DNA of 64,000 nucleotides from Giardia intestinalis (lineage: Eukaryota). Numbering within the stretch: position 1 is the stretch's first letter; each line of letters begins with the position of its first letter. Positions 30,569 to 40,144 of the stretch are shown here, piece after piece. The notes beneath the pieces are model-generated. The model was not told the origin of the DNA and searched no databases. It saw only the letters and a program-made list of their open reading frames with translations. Position numbers and translations under genes: made by a program. The DNA lies in assembly GCA_000002435.2 (NCBI GenBank), contig CM018792.1. One strand, given 5' to 3'.

Positions 30569-33034
30569 ATGAGCGGTAGGGGCCTGGCTGACAAGGACGA
30601 GCAGCAGCACACTGCTAACTTCAAGAGCTTCCTTGACAGTGGGGACGGGCAGAAGCCAACGATCGCCAATATCCCCAAGAAGGTCTCGCTCTACTCCAGC
30701 CTGCCCAGCTTCAAGGACATTCAGGAAGACTCCAGACCCTTCCTCCTGATATGCAAACTTCGACAGTGCTCCAAGTTTGTTCGACAGGAGGATACAGAGC
30801 TGAGGAAGGTCAAGCACATGATCCTGTACCAGCTTTTGGATTACATTAACTCATCTAACAACATCTTTCCAGACATCGCCGTCCCAGACTTTTTTGCATG
30901 CGTTAGCGCAAACATCTTCCGTGCCACGGCGAAGCCTGCCTGTGACAATTATACCTGGGACAACGACGAGGACGAGCCAGCTATAGATAACAACTGGTAT
31001 CATCTGCAGTTTATCTACGAGCTACTCCTGCGATTCATCTTTGCAGCTAATCAGCATCCCCAGCACTCGGAGTATCACAAAAGTGTTAAGAAGTTCATCG
31101 ACACGGAGTTCATTCTGAAGCTTCTTCAACTTTTTAACACGTCCGATCCTCGGGAGCGTGACTACGTGAAGACAATCTTACACAGAATCTACGCTAATTT
31201 CATGATGATGCGCTCCTATATTCGGAGCATTATCAAGTCAGAGATCATGTGCTACATGAACTATTCTCAACGTCACAACGGTATTTGTGAAATCCTGGAG
31301 ATACTTGGATCTATTATCAACGGATTTGCCACTCCCCTCAAAGTGGAGCACATCTCTTTCATGGCGCAGGTCCTCCTTCCATTGCACCGTATTATGTATG
31401 TCAAGACAATACTGCCGCAGCTCAGCTACTGTGTATCTAAGTTTGTTGAGAAAGACCCCACGCTCTCTGCCGGCGTGGTCATGGGCGTTCTGAGCTATTG
31501 GCCGCGCCTCTCCAACCAGAAGGAGGTCAGCTTTTTGCAGGAGTTGGAGGAACTTCTGGAGGCCATACCCCCTGAACACTTGGTTACCACTGACACGTCA
31601 ACATATGTTCGGTTCAAGACAATTACTCAGAGCCAGAGCAGCACTGAGGAGCAGGCGACTATCACCAGTAGTGACCTCAAGAAGCCATCGTCTGCATTTA
31701 CGAAGAACTCCTGCCCCCATGACTTTGTGCCTAAGCTCCCAACCTTCCCTACGCCGAAGCTTGATCTGGCGATTTTCGACTTAAAGCCAGATTTCTTGCA
31801 GGATATCAAGAAATTCAACGTTTACAAGTCCATCTTCTATCACATTTCTCAGTGCATCTCCTCCTCTCATTTTCAGGTTGCCGAGCGGGCACTAAATATG
31901 CTTCTCAACACCAAGATTGCCAACCATCTCAAATTTGCAACGGCAAGCTATCAGAAGGTGGCCGATAGCTATGGGGTAGTTGTAACCAGCAAAAACTGTG
32001 TGTTTTTAAACGACTATAATTTCCCATACACCCTTGCAAAGCCTCTCAGCTTCAATGCACAAAATTATTGGAGCCAAAACATTCGCGCACAGTCAGAGTC
32101 GCTTTTCAAAGTGTTGGCTGAGGCGTACCCCGACGTTTGTAAAAGTGTTGACGACATGTTCTTCCAAGAACTGATTGCGCACGAACACCTGAAGACTGCA
32201 CGGAGGCAAAAGTGGGATGACATTGCCAAGCTCTGCGACAAGAGCTTAGGGGGATCAGGAGAACTCTCTGAAGAATACTTGCGTCGCATGAATTTTGTTG
32301 AGCAACGAGACATGATTGGAGAGTGCGTTGATGAGGACGAAGAACTCGGCAGTATGCAGTCAGGAACTAGCACTGCAAATTACCTGAGCCTCAACGCATT
32401 CACGTGCGGAGACAATGTCCATGAGATAGAAAGCTGCGGCCCCGCAAGTCAAAGCAACACAGAGCTATGGGGCGCGGAAACACACAGCCACGAGCCAGCC
32501 ATGCTGGAGTCTGACTATCCCATCAAGGAAATGTCCCTCAACCCTAACACAATACCGTTCGACCGATTGAGGACTGCATTTGTTCCTGGATACAAGGAGG
32601 AGCTTGTGCAGCCTGGAAATGTTGCACTGGCCATGGTTCCCGTGGACCCTTTGAACCGCACCATCGGATGTGGTCTTAAAGCGTACAACTTGACCGTTTC
32701 TCGTTTGCGCCGCTTGGTGGAGCTAGTCAATGAAGAAGCCAGAGGTGGCAACTTCGATAAGCTTCCGATTAAGAATATCGCGCTTAGAAATCAACTTCTG
32801 ACCCCTCGAAGTGAGCCCCTCGCCACTGACGCTGACGCAAAGGTCACCATCGCAGCTCCTGCGAACAGCAAGAAGTTGGCCTCTCGACGCACAACCACTA
32901 ACCAAGCGCCTGCAGGAGGAGTCAGGCGAAAGTCAATGACTCCCCTAACGTTTGAGGTAAAGGTGGCGAAGGATGAACTTAAGAATTACGTGTCCCCATC
33001 AGAAGGCATCAGCAGTCACGTCGAAAGTAAATAA
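30569..33034 (+). CDS. protein phosphatase 2A regulatory subunit B56 (B') with an extension of about 300 aa
   Basis: The B56 core is conserved: SDPRERDYVKTILHRIYANFMMMRSYIRS, HNGICEILEILGSIINGFATPLKVEH, LLPLH, LSYWPR...KEVSFLQELEELLE and HFQVAERALNML. The stop is embedded in the AGTAAAT poly(A) motif (33026-33032). Confidence 0.9.
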   Translation: MSGRGLADKDEQQHTANFKSFLDSGDGQKPTIANIPKKVSLYSSLPSFKDIQEDSRPFLLICKLRQCSKFVRQEDTELRKVKHMILYQLLDYINSSNNIFPDIAVPDFFACVSANIFRATAKPACDNYTWDNDEDEPAIDNNWYHLQFIYELLLRFIFAANQHPQHSEYHKSVKKFIDTEFILKLLQLFNTSDPRERDYVKTILHRIYANFMMMRSYIRSIIKSEIMCYMNYSQRHNGICEILEILGSIINGFATPLKVEHISFMAQVLLPLHRIMYVKTILPQLSYCVSKFVEKDPTLSAGVVMGVLSYWPRLSNQKEVSFLQELEELLEAIPPEHLVTTDTSTYVRFKTITQSQSSTEEQATITSSDLKKPSSAFTKNSCPHDFVPKLPTFPTPKLDLAIFDLKPDFLQDIKKFNVYKSIFYHISQCISSSHFQVAERALNMLLNTKIANHLKFATASYQKVADSYGVVVTSKNCVFLNDYNFPYTLAKPLSFNAQNYWSQNIRAQSESLFKVLAEAYPDVCKSVDDMFFQELIAHEHLKTARRQKWDDIAKLCDKSLGGSGELSEEYLRRMNFVEQRDMIGECVDEDEELGSMQSGTSTANYLSLNAFTCGDNVHEIESCGPASQSNTELWGAETHSHEPAMLESDYPIKEMSLNPNTIPFDRLRTAFVPGYKEELVQPGNVALAMVPVDPLNRTIGCGLKAYNLTVSRLRRLVELVNEEARGGNFDKLPIKNIALRNQLLTPRSEPLATDADAKVTIAAPANSKKLASRRTTTNQAPAGGVRRKSMTPLTFEVKVAKDELKNYVSPSEGISSHVESK
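33026..33032 (+). promoter_or_regulatory. AGTAAAT Giardia-type polyadenylation signal overlapping the B56 stop codon
   Basis: The sequence is gaaAGTAAATaag, and the TAA stop occupies 33032-33034. Confidence 0.4.
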
Positions 33035-33038
33035 GGTG

Positions 33039-33644
33039 TCATCCATCCAGTGGATACAAAGTAGAGACGAGATCGTGCAGGGCCGTACCCTTAGGGAAGT
33101 GGTAGAGCTTTGGATGGGCGCGCTCAATGACTTTGGCTTCATCTATCTTCCCCGTTAGAATAAGCGGAACCAGGACAAAGTCGGCCCAGATGGCGAGGGC
33201 CGGCTCACAGGGCCTAAGGGCGAGATATGCTTCCATAATCTTTAGTTGAATGGCAGTGGCCTTCGAGACAGGCACGCCACCGGCTGAAAGCTCTAGCTCT
33301 TCAGACAAGATGGTATCCAGAGTGCTAAGAACAGCAAGGAAAATATTAAGCGCTGTGGTTTCCTCAGGTAGACTAGTATACGGTGGGGTGAGAGCTGGTG
33401 CGTAATGCGTATCCAATAGCTCCTTGAAGATGGGACGAGCGACATCCTTCGAGAGAAGCCATAGAGCATCCATAAGAGACATCAGGAGACCAATGGATTC
33501 TCGCACGGTAGAGCCATCTCCTGCTTCGTCGACCAGTGCTGCCAGGGTAGTCGGCGATGCTATGAGAGCTCTAAGACGAGCTGCGCCGCCGAGCAGGTCT
33601 CCCTGTTCAAGCAAGCTCTGGATAACCGCAAAGGCATGTTGCAT
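33039..33644 (-). CDS. hypothetical alpha-helical protein, 201 aa
   Basis: An intact ORF convergent on B56 with a 4 bp gap. No family was recognised. Confidence 0.4.
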   Translation of the reverse strand: MQHAFAVIQSLLEQGDLLGGAARLRALIASPTTLAALVDEAGDGSTVRESIGLLMSLMDALWLLSKDVARPIFKELLDTHYAPALTPPYTSLPEETTALNIFLAVLSTLDTILSEELELSAGGVPVSKATAIQLKIMEAYLALRPCEPALAIWADFVLVPLILTGKIDEAKVIERAHPKLYHFPKGTALHDLVSTLYPLDG

Positions 33645-33754
33645 TTTCCCGGTTCAACAAAACATTTACTAGCACGTACCGCGAGACCATCAATGTAGAT
33701 TATGCTATGATAAATAGCTAATCAGTTTTATGCTCCACACATTCGGGACCATTG

Positions 33755-35590
33755 TCAACACTGACGGGAAAGTTCGTGCTCTTGTAGAGTCTCCACAGAA
33801 AGTGCTTCCGAAGCGGCATCAAGTCTGGGTGATCTGCGGCGAAAGATGAAGAAAAGCCCAATACCAATGCACGCCAAGAGAACCAAAACGGTAGCACTAA
33901 CAGATGATATTAAAACCGTTCTTCTTCCTACGCGCACAATTTCTTTGCATTGGCCATAAGCAGTCAGCTCTCCGAAAGAACACTGTGTACAGATCTCAAT
34001 ACTCTTTCCTGTTCTGGAATCTGTGCGAAAGCTGCAACTAGAGCAATCACTAATTGTACAAGGATAGCAGAGAGCCCCCTGCATTCCATATCCAACGCCA
34101 CAGGCGCTGCACTCACCAGTGGATTGATTGCAATCGATACAGTTAGTATCTGGGCAAGCTACAACACAGGCCTTTTCATTTGCATTCCATAGGTAGCCGC
34201 TAGAACACGTGGCACAAACGTCTCGGCTGTTGGCCAGGCACGCCAGACAGTTTGAGATGCTGCAGGAGTCCACGTCTACGTCTGGGGAATTCAATACGCA
34301 AACGTCGGCCGTCAACGTATAACCGTCCTCGCACGCAACACAGATGCTTGCGCTCTTACAGTCGAGGCAGTTCCCGACACAACGTGCACACCTGCCCCCA
34401 ACAACATAATATCCCTTTTGGCAACGCTTGCAAGTCTCTGTTCTCTCTGTGACGGTGCAGCTTCTGCAGTTGGGGCTCTGGCATCCATTGACAGGAACGC
34501 ACTCCTTATTATCGAGCATAAAGCCTGCAGCACACTGAACGCACGCTCCATCATCTCCACAGAATCTACAGTCGTCAACAAGGGTTAGTTGATCAGCTGT
34601 GCACTTTGTCCCCACACAGTTTGGCCCGCCTTTGCCATCAGGGCACGGCGTGCAAGAGCCCGTCTCATTGGGACTATAACCATTGAAGCAAAGTCGACAT
34701 GCCGTTCCACTTTCTGCACATGTCTGACAATTCTCCTGGCGGGTCCCAGAACACAACACCGCATTGCATGTAATCCCATCACTCAATCTATTGTCTGGAC
34801 ACGGTGTACAAGTAATGGAGTTACTAGACTCCTTGTAGTACCCATCTTTGCAAACTTTGCATGCCCCTGGCTCCAAGATTGCATCTTCAGCTGAGTAGCA
34901 AGTCGCACAATTCTCGGATATCTTTCCATTGCATTTAGTCTTCTCGCAATTGTAGCCACCGGTATTCCCTTGACATTGAACACACTTTCCAAGCTCATTA
35001 GGATGAAAGTCGTCGTAACACCGGCTGCAACGATTCGTCCCAGAAAGACACTCGAGGCAATAGTCTCTGGTTGTGGCCAGACACCTCATCGAAATGCACT
35101 CTGGTCCGATTCGGCCATCGGGGCATGCTTCGCACTTATTGGTCTCTGGAATCAGCTTGTAAGAATCCTTGCAAAGACCACAAGCATCTCTCGTTGCACT
35201 ACTACAAACTTCGCAGTTTGGTAGTGTAACATTACCGCAACGGAGGTCCTGACACTCATAGCCTCCGGTGCCTTCTGCACACGCACCACAGCCCCCATAC
35301 CACGTCACATAGTACCCGTCTTCACAGGTCCAACATCGATCTGTATAGCCACATTCTAGACAATGTACGCGTGTGGTGAACCAGCACTTGCGTGTGGAAC
35401 ACCTGGGACCCCATGTACCCTTTGGGCATGGAACGCACTTGCCCGTTTCCACGTCTAGCTTATAGTCATCCTGGCATATCATGCAGTTATCGGGGTAGTC
35501 TGGGACGCACTCGGTGCAGTAGTCAACCTCACAACTGGCAGATGCAGAAGACCGCACCAGAAGAAGCACGATTGACATAGACATCAACAT
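33755..35590 (-). CDS. high-cysteine membrane protein (HCMP-type: signal peptide, many CxxC/CxC motifs, one C-terminal TM)
   Basis: The signal peptide is MLMSMSIVLLLVRSSASA. There are dozens of CXXC motifs (CTEC, CMIC, CVPC, CLEC, CWTC and others). The TM helix is VLISSVSATVLVLLACIGIGLFFIF, followed by a 35 aa cytoplasmic tail with no CRGKA. The ATG at 35588-35590 has an aataaaATG initiator; the track start is TTG. Confidence 0.85.
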   Translation of the reverse strand: MLMSMSIVLLLVRSSASASCEVDYCTECVPDYPDNCMICQDDYKLDVETGKCVPCPKGTWGPRCSTRKCWFTTRVHCLECGYTDRCWTCEDGYYVTWYGGCGACAEGTGGYECQDLRCGNVTLPNCEVCSSATRDACGLCKDSYKLIPETNKCEACPDGRIGPECISMRCLATTRDYCLECLSGTNRCSRCYDDFHPNELGKCVQCQGNTGGYNCEKTKCNGKISENCATCYSAEDAILEPGACKVCKDGYYKESSNSITCTPCPDNRLSDGITCNAVLCSGTRQENCQTCAESGTACRLCFNGYSPNETGSCTPCPDGKGGPNCVGTKCTADQLTLVDDCRFCGDDGACVQCAAGFMLDNKECVPVNGCQSPNCRSCTVTERTETCKRCQKGYYVVGGRCARCVGNCLDCKSASICVACEDGYTLTADVCVLNSPDVDVDSCSISNCLACLANSRDVCATCSSGYLWNANEKACVVACPDTNCIDCNQSTGECSACGVGYGMQGALCYPCTISDCSSCSFRTDSRTGKSIEICTQCSFGELTAYGQCKEIVRVGRRTVLISSVSATVLVLLACIGIGLFFIFRRRSPRLDAASEALSVETLQEHELSRQC

Positions 35591-35903
35591 TTTATTGCGG
35601 TTTTCAACAAATAGCAACGTGATAATTTCCCCGTAATCTATCGTCGGTTACTACGCGTGGTCTCCAGGGAGCTACCACTGAAGTGGCTGTGCTTGTTTTT
35701 TACCTAAAATGCAGCCGAGTCTTACATTCTTCCAGTCAATAAGTTTGTAAAAATAAAAGCACAACCCCGAAACGTCCGACCTACTTACAAGCGCGTGCAT
35801 AATGTGGTCGACGGAGAGCATATGAAGCATAGCTGATGTCTCCATGCGCGGATCTCCGCTTCGGCGTTAACTAATAACAGCCCCGTACTAAATGAAGGGT
35901 GGC

Positions 35904-38900
35904 CTACTTAACTCTACCAAGGTCAAGATAGCGACATATCTCAGATTGGATTTCAGGTCGGAGAGCCGCCGGCGCCGTAGAGCCTGCGGCTAGCTTCTGT
36001 AGTGCTGTCTCTCCGAACTGTGGGGCACAAGCTGGAGCTAGGATCCTTATGCACGACAGTTGTCCGTACTTCACTGCAAGATCGAGAGCCGATTGGTCAT
36101 TCTCATCAACCAGGTCTAGCTCGTAGGGGACGAGATACTTGACTATGTTTGGATGATCCCACGCCGCAGCGTGCATTAGCGCTGTCCAGCCTAAAGAGTC
36201 CTGCTCGCCCGCTTCGGCGCTTCGCAAAACTTGAACTGCCTCGACGTGCCCCACCTGCGCTGCAATCATGAGAGACGTCATCTGCTGCTTGGTTTCTGTC
36301 ATCTTTTTTTCATACTCGCCCAGCCACTTCAGGCATCGTACGCTTTTCGCGACGATTGCCAGCATCAGCGCTACTGGCTTTCCGATCTCTTGTTTGTTGC
36401 TCAGGTGTATATTGCTGGATATGCGTATCCCTGACTCATGAGGCGCCAGGAGCCGGCATGCTTCTGCATTATCCTTCTCCGCAGCAATCATGAGCGCAGT
36501 TCGACCGTCCGGTCTCCGCATCCCCTTCTCACTGGCGATCAAGTGCTTGATTGCTGGGATGTTATTGCTATACACAGCGATCATCAGGGCTGTGTGTCCA
36601 TCTTTTGTACGCCGGCGAATGCTATCCTTGTATTGCACCAGTGGCTCTGCAGAGCGCATTGCTACGGCTATCATCAGCTGCGTAAAACCATCTTCCTCCA
36701 ACAGGCACTTTTCATGTGTGATAAGCAGCTTCAAGCACGCAACTCGACCCATCTCTATGGCGTAGCGTGAAGCGCACCAGCTCATACTATCGCGTCTTCC
36801 GGCCTGGTACGGTATCAGAATCTTTAATCTCGCACAGTCTCCTTCCCGTGCAGCCAACATCAAGAGGGTTCTACCTGTTGCAGATCCCTCGAGAATAGGT
36901 ATTGGTAGGTCAGCTTCGTACTTACAGAGCCTTTCCATAACATTTAGGTTCTTGTTCTCATATGCATGATAGAGGGCAGTCTTTCCTTTGAAGTCGGCAA
37001 GGCCCTTCTCATAAGGTCCGAGGACATCAATGAGACGCAGTGACTGGCGGTCAATGCAGTACATAAGAGCGGTCTTCTGGAGAGAATCCTGGACTCCGTG
37101 TTCATGCCGTGCCAGGATCATTGCAATGTCGTAGTAGCTTTTGCGGAGCGCAAGCATAAGTGCTGTGCACCCCTTATCGTCACGGCGTTTGGCGTGTGTT
37201 TTCCTTAACGAAAAAACAGCATCAATGTCGTTATTAGCCACCGCTTGAAATAATGCGTCCGGTCCAGGAGCAGAGATAGCCGTGTTCCAAATTTTCATTA
37301 TATTGGGGCTGAGTAGATATTGTGCTGTGGCTCTCTTGACATCGCCCTTGTTCACCGATCCAGGCGACTGAAGAGTCTCCGAATCAAGGGTGCATTTAGC
37401 TCCAGGAAGAGTCGGGGTTGATCTAGACAATGAAAATGGCGTACCGGCTAATGACTGTGAAGATTCACGAATAGGGGAATTCTTACCAGGAATCTGTGGG
37501 CTTGTCATTGTGTGTGAACTACTGGACGGATCAGTCAAACTATTATTGCTAATGAAGCTTGCTAGAACGCCCTTCATAGATGCACTGTTAGAGTGAATGT
37601 CCTGCTTAGGTAGAATCTCCTCGTAATAGTTAATGATTGTATTGATTGCGTCTGTGCTTCCATGCCGTAGTGCAAGAATAAATGGGGTGGTTCCGTTGGC
37701 TAGCACGAGATCTCCTTCCTCGGGCAATAGAGCTTCCACAGCATCTTTGCGATTGAAGATACACGCAAACATAAGAGCGGTGTAACCAAACGAGTCTGTT
37801 TTCCCCGCAAAACTCTTTTGCATCACTTTGAAAGAATTGATGTTATAACAGGCAACTGCCTTCATCAAAGGTGTGAACTTGCACTTCTTTAAAAGGTCCT
37901 TTTCATAGCTCAGTAGAACACTGATAGAGTCTTCAGCTCTGGAAGTAAATGCTAAATGCAACGCAAACTCTTCAGAATCTGTTTCCATGCCTGCCTCCAT
38001 CTCGGCAAGAGCCTTCACCAACGTCTTATTGTTATTCATAGATGCGTACATTAAAGCTGTCATCCCATCAGGTCCTCTGATTCCTGCTTCAACACTGACT
38101 AGCTCGAGTCCCTCTTCTGTGCGCCCTCTTTCACAAGCCAACATAAGAGCCGTCATCCCATTATTATTCATCTTCTTAGCCATGTAAGGAATCAGCGTCC
38201 GTATTAGCTCGATATCCCCCATTTCTACGGCACGCATAAGATACGTTGTGTTTGTTGCCTCATTTGTTGTGAGCTGCGCTACAATTCCTTGCGCGTGGCT
38301 TGCGCTGAGCAAAATCCGCAAAATGTCGATGTTCTGATTTTGAAGCGCGATCATGAGGGGGCTTCGGCTTCCTAATTCCCGCAAGCCTAGCTCTAAACTT
38401 GCAAGCAAACGCACTATCTCTAGGTTAGAATGCTCTACAGCTATTAGCAACGCCGTTTCTTTCTTTTTATTCCGTAGGCCAGCCTCCGACTTTAGTAGAA
38501 GCTTCGCCACATCAGCCGCGCCAGTTCGGGCACAATACATTAGAGCACTATTTCCTGCAGAATCGCGTATACCTGATTGGTAAATGTAGTCTTGAGCTAG
38601 CAGAACATCGTTACTTATGGCTGCTTTCATTAGCGAGGTGACTCCCATACCATCAGGATAAAACGTAGTTCGAAGAAAGTTTTCAACAGTTCGGAGAGGC
38701 TCCATGACGAGCATTGTGGAAATCCATGGAAATCTGTCGGGGAAATATTTTAGAACAGCCTCATTTATCGTGGGCCATTTCTTCTTTGTGCTATCTTCGC
38801 TGTCCTCACTATCCTCGCTATAAGTAGTGCTTCTTGACCCTTCAACGACAATACCGCATGGTTGAACTGCCACACATACGGTAGAATTCAAGCTATTAAG

Positions 38901-40121
38901 AATTAGTGTACCCGCATAGCCAACTTTCTCGCAACAATCTGTGTCAATTGAAGAACATGATAATAAGCTGCTGGTGACTGTTCTTCCAGCAATCTCCTCC
39001 AGAATCTGTTGAGGCCTTAAAACTTGACGAAAGTTGCTCGAAAGAGATCCACGGATAATGCTGAGCGCAATATCTGGATTCTTCTCGCAAGACAGCTGGA
39101 AGGGAAGCTGGGGCACGACAATAATCATAATCATAAGCTGATTGATAAGTTGGAGAAGAGCCTCTTCTGCAGCCTTTCGTGCCTGAACAGCTTTATTGTT
39201 AGACACAGTAGACGCTGCCCTAGAAAGTGAGCGGTGCGAAGAAACCAAAGACCCAAGCGAGCAATATGACCCTGCAAGGTTTGTGGTAGATAAAGATAGG
39301 TTAGTGCGATTCAGGGAGCTTGTGGTCAATAGTGAGTTGACGGAGTCCGACCGAGCAGAAGAATTTCCTCCGTAGATAGTTGATGTTGCACGAAGCCCAG
39401 GTCCTATGGAGGGACCTCTGCTTAAAGATAGTTCATTAAAAACGGGAGTTAGTTCAGAAAAACCGGTACTATCTGCGAGGCATTCGAGAGTCGAAGACAG
39501 GTACGCTAGGTATGCTTCGACGGTGTGTATTTTGATAAGCTCGCGAGTCTTGAACAAAGTCACTTTTGGGTCTATTAGATATGGCATTAACGCTGAAGGA
39601 AGAGACTTTTGCTCTGAAAGGTACTCGGCAATATGTAGGTATTGCAAATACAATGGAAGCAACTCCTGCTCAGTCATTGCTCGTCTCGTTATCACGCCAT
39701 CTTGAAGGATGGCTTGGAGTGTGATTGTCGGGGGACACTCGGTCGTAATTAACAGAGAATTGGTCTCCTCATCTCTGTGTATTCCATATATCTTTAGAAA
39801 ATTGTAACCATCCAAGCGTGCAAGTGCTTCAATGGTTCGTACTGTATCTGCAATTACAGGCTTGGAAAAACCACTTAGAAAGACGGTATAAACAAAACAT
39901 GGCTCATCACTTTCTTTCATACTAGCTCCAGTGCACCCGAAAAGCTTCCCTTGAGCATTTTTGGCCTGAAACAGAGCAATCGCTGGAGGAGATGTGTGTT
40001 TCTCAGTTAATTTAAACACCGGAAGAGCCCTGTGCGTTGAGGACACTAGCTCTGACTTTGTCAGTGAAAGAGCGGACTCAGCAATGCTTGGGGTTTGCTT
40101 CATTGAAGTGCTGAGGTGCAC
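35904..40121 (-). CDS. Protein 21.1-type ankyrin-repeat protein with an N-terminal degenerate (NEK-like) kinase-homology region
   Basis: The N-terminal ~230 aa has kinase-like secondary-structure spacing (YLHIAEYL, LITTECPPTITLQAIL) but no catalytic motifs. More than 20 TALMxA ankyrin repeats follow. The likely ATG is at 40101-40103; the track start is GTG at 40121. Confidence 0.75.
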   Translation of the reverse strand: MHLSTSMKQTPSIAESALSLTKSELVSSTHRALPVFKLTEKHTSPPAIALFQAKNAQGKLFGCTGASMKESDEPCFVYTVFLSGFSKPVIADTVRTIEALARLDGYNFLKIYGIHRDEETNSLLITTECPPTITLQAILQDGVITRRAMTEQELLPLYLQYLHIAEYLSEQKSLPSALMPYLIDPKVTLFKTRELIKIHTVEAYLAYLSSTLECLADSTGFSELTPVFNELSLSRGPSIGPGLRATSTIYGGNSSARSDSVNSLLTTSSLNRTNLSLSTTNLAGSYCSLGSLVSSHRSLSRAASTVSNNKAVQARKAAEEALLQLINQLMIMIIVVPQLPFQLSCEKNPDIALSIIRGSLSSNFRQVLRPQQILEEIAGRTVTSSLLSCSSIDTDCCEKVGYAGTLILNSLNSTVCVAVQPCGIVVEGSRSTTYSEDSEDSEDSTKKKWPTINEAVLKYFPDRFPWISTMLVMEPLRTVENFLRTTFYPDGMGVTSLMKAAISNDVLLAQDYIYQSGIRDSAGNSALMYCARTGAADVAKLLLKSEAGLRNKKKETALLIAVEHSNLEIVRLLASLELGLRELGSRSPLMIALQNQNIDILRILLSASHAQGIVAQLTTNEATNTTYLMRAVEMGDIELIRTLIPYMAKKMNNNGMTALMLACERGRTEEGLELVSVEAGIRGPDGMTALMYASMNNNKTLVKALAEMEAGMETDSEEFALHLAFTSRAEDSISVLLSYEKDLLKKCKFTPLMKAVACYNINSFKVMQKSFAGKTDSFGYTALMFACIFNRKDAVEALLPEEGDLVLANGTTPFILALRHGSTDAINTIINYYEEILPKQDIHSNSASMKGVLASFISNNSLTDPSSSSHTMTSPQIPGKNSPIRESSQSLAGTPFSLSRSTPTLPGAKCTLDSETLQSPGSVNKGDVKRATAQYLLSPNIMKIWNTAISAPGPDALFQAVANNDIDAVFSLRKTHAKRRDDKGCTALMLALRKSYYDIAMILARHEHGVQDSLQKTALMYCIDRQSLRLIDVLGPYEKGLADFKGKTALYHAYENKNLNVMERLCKYEADLPIPILEGSATGRTLLMLAAREGDCARLKILIPYQAGRRDSMSWCASRYAIEMGRVACLKLLITHEKCLLEEDGFTQLMIAVAMRSAEPLVQYKDSIRRRTKDGHTALMIAVYSNNIPAIKHLIASEKGMRRPDGRTALMIAAEKDNAEACRLLAPHESGIRISSNIHLSNKQEIGKPVALMLAIVAKSVRCLKWLGEYEKKMTETKQQMTSLMIAAQVGHVEAVQVLRSAEAGEQDSLGWTALMHAAAWDHPNIVKYLVPYELDLVDENDQSALDLAVKYGQLSCIRILAPACAPQFGETALQKLAAGSTAPAALRPEIQSEICRYLDLGRVK

Positions 40122-40144
40122 TGATATTTTTTAAACTGGTGCAT

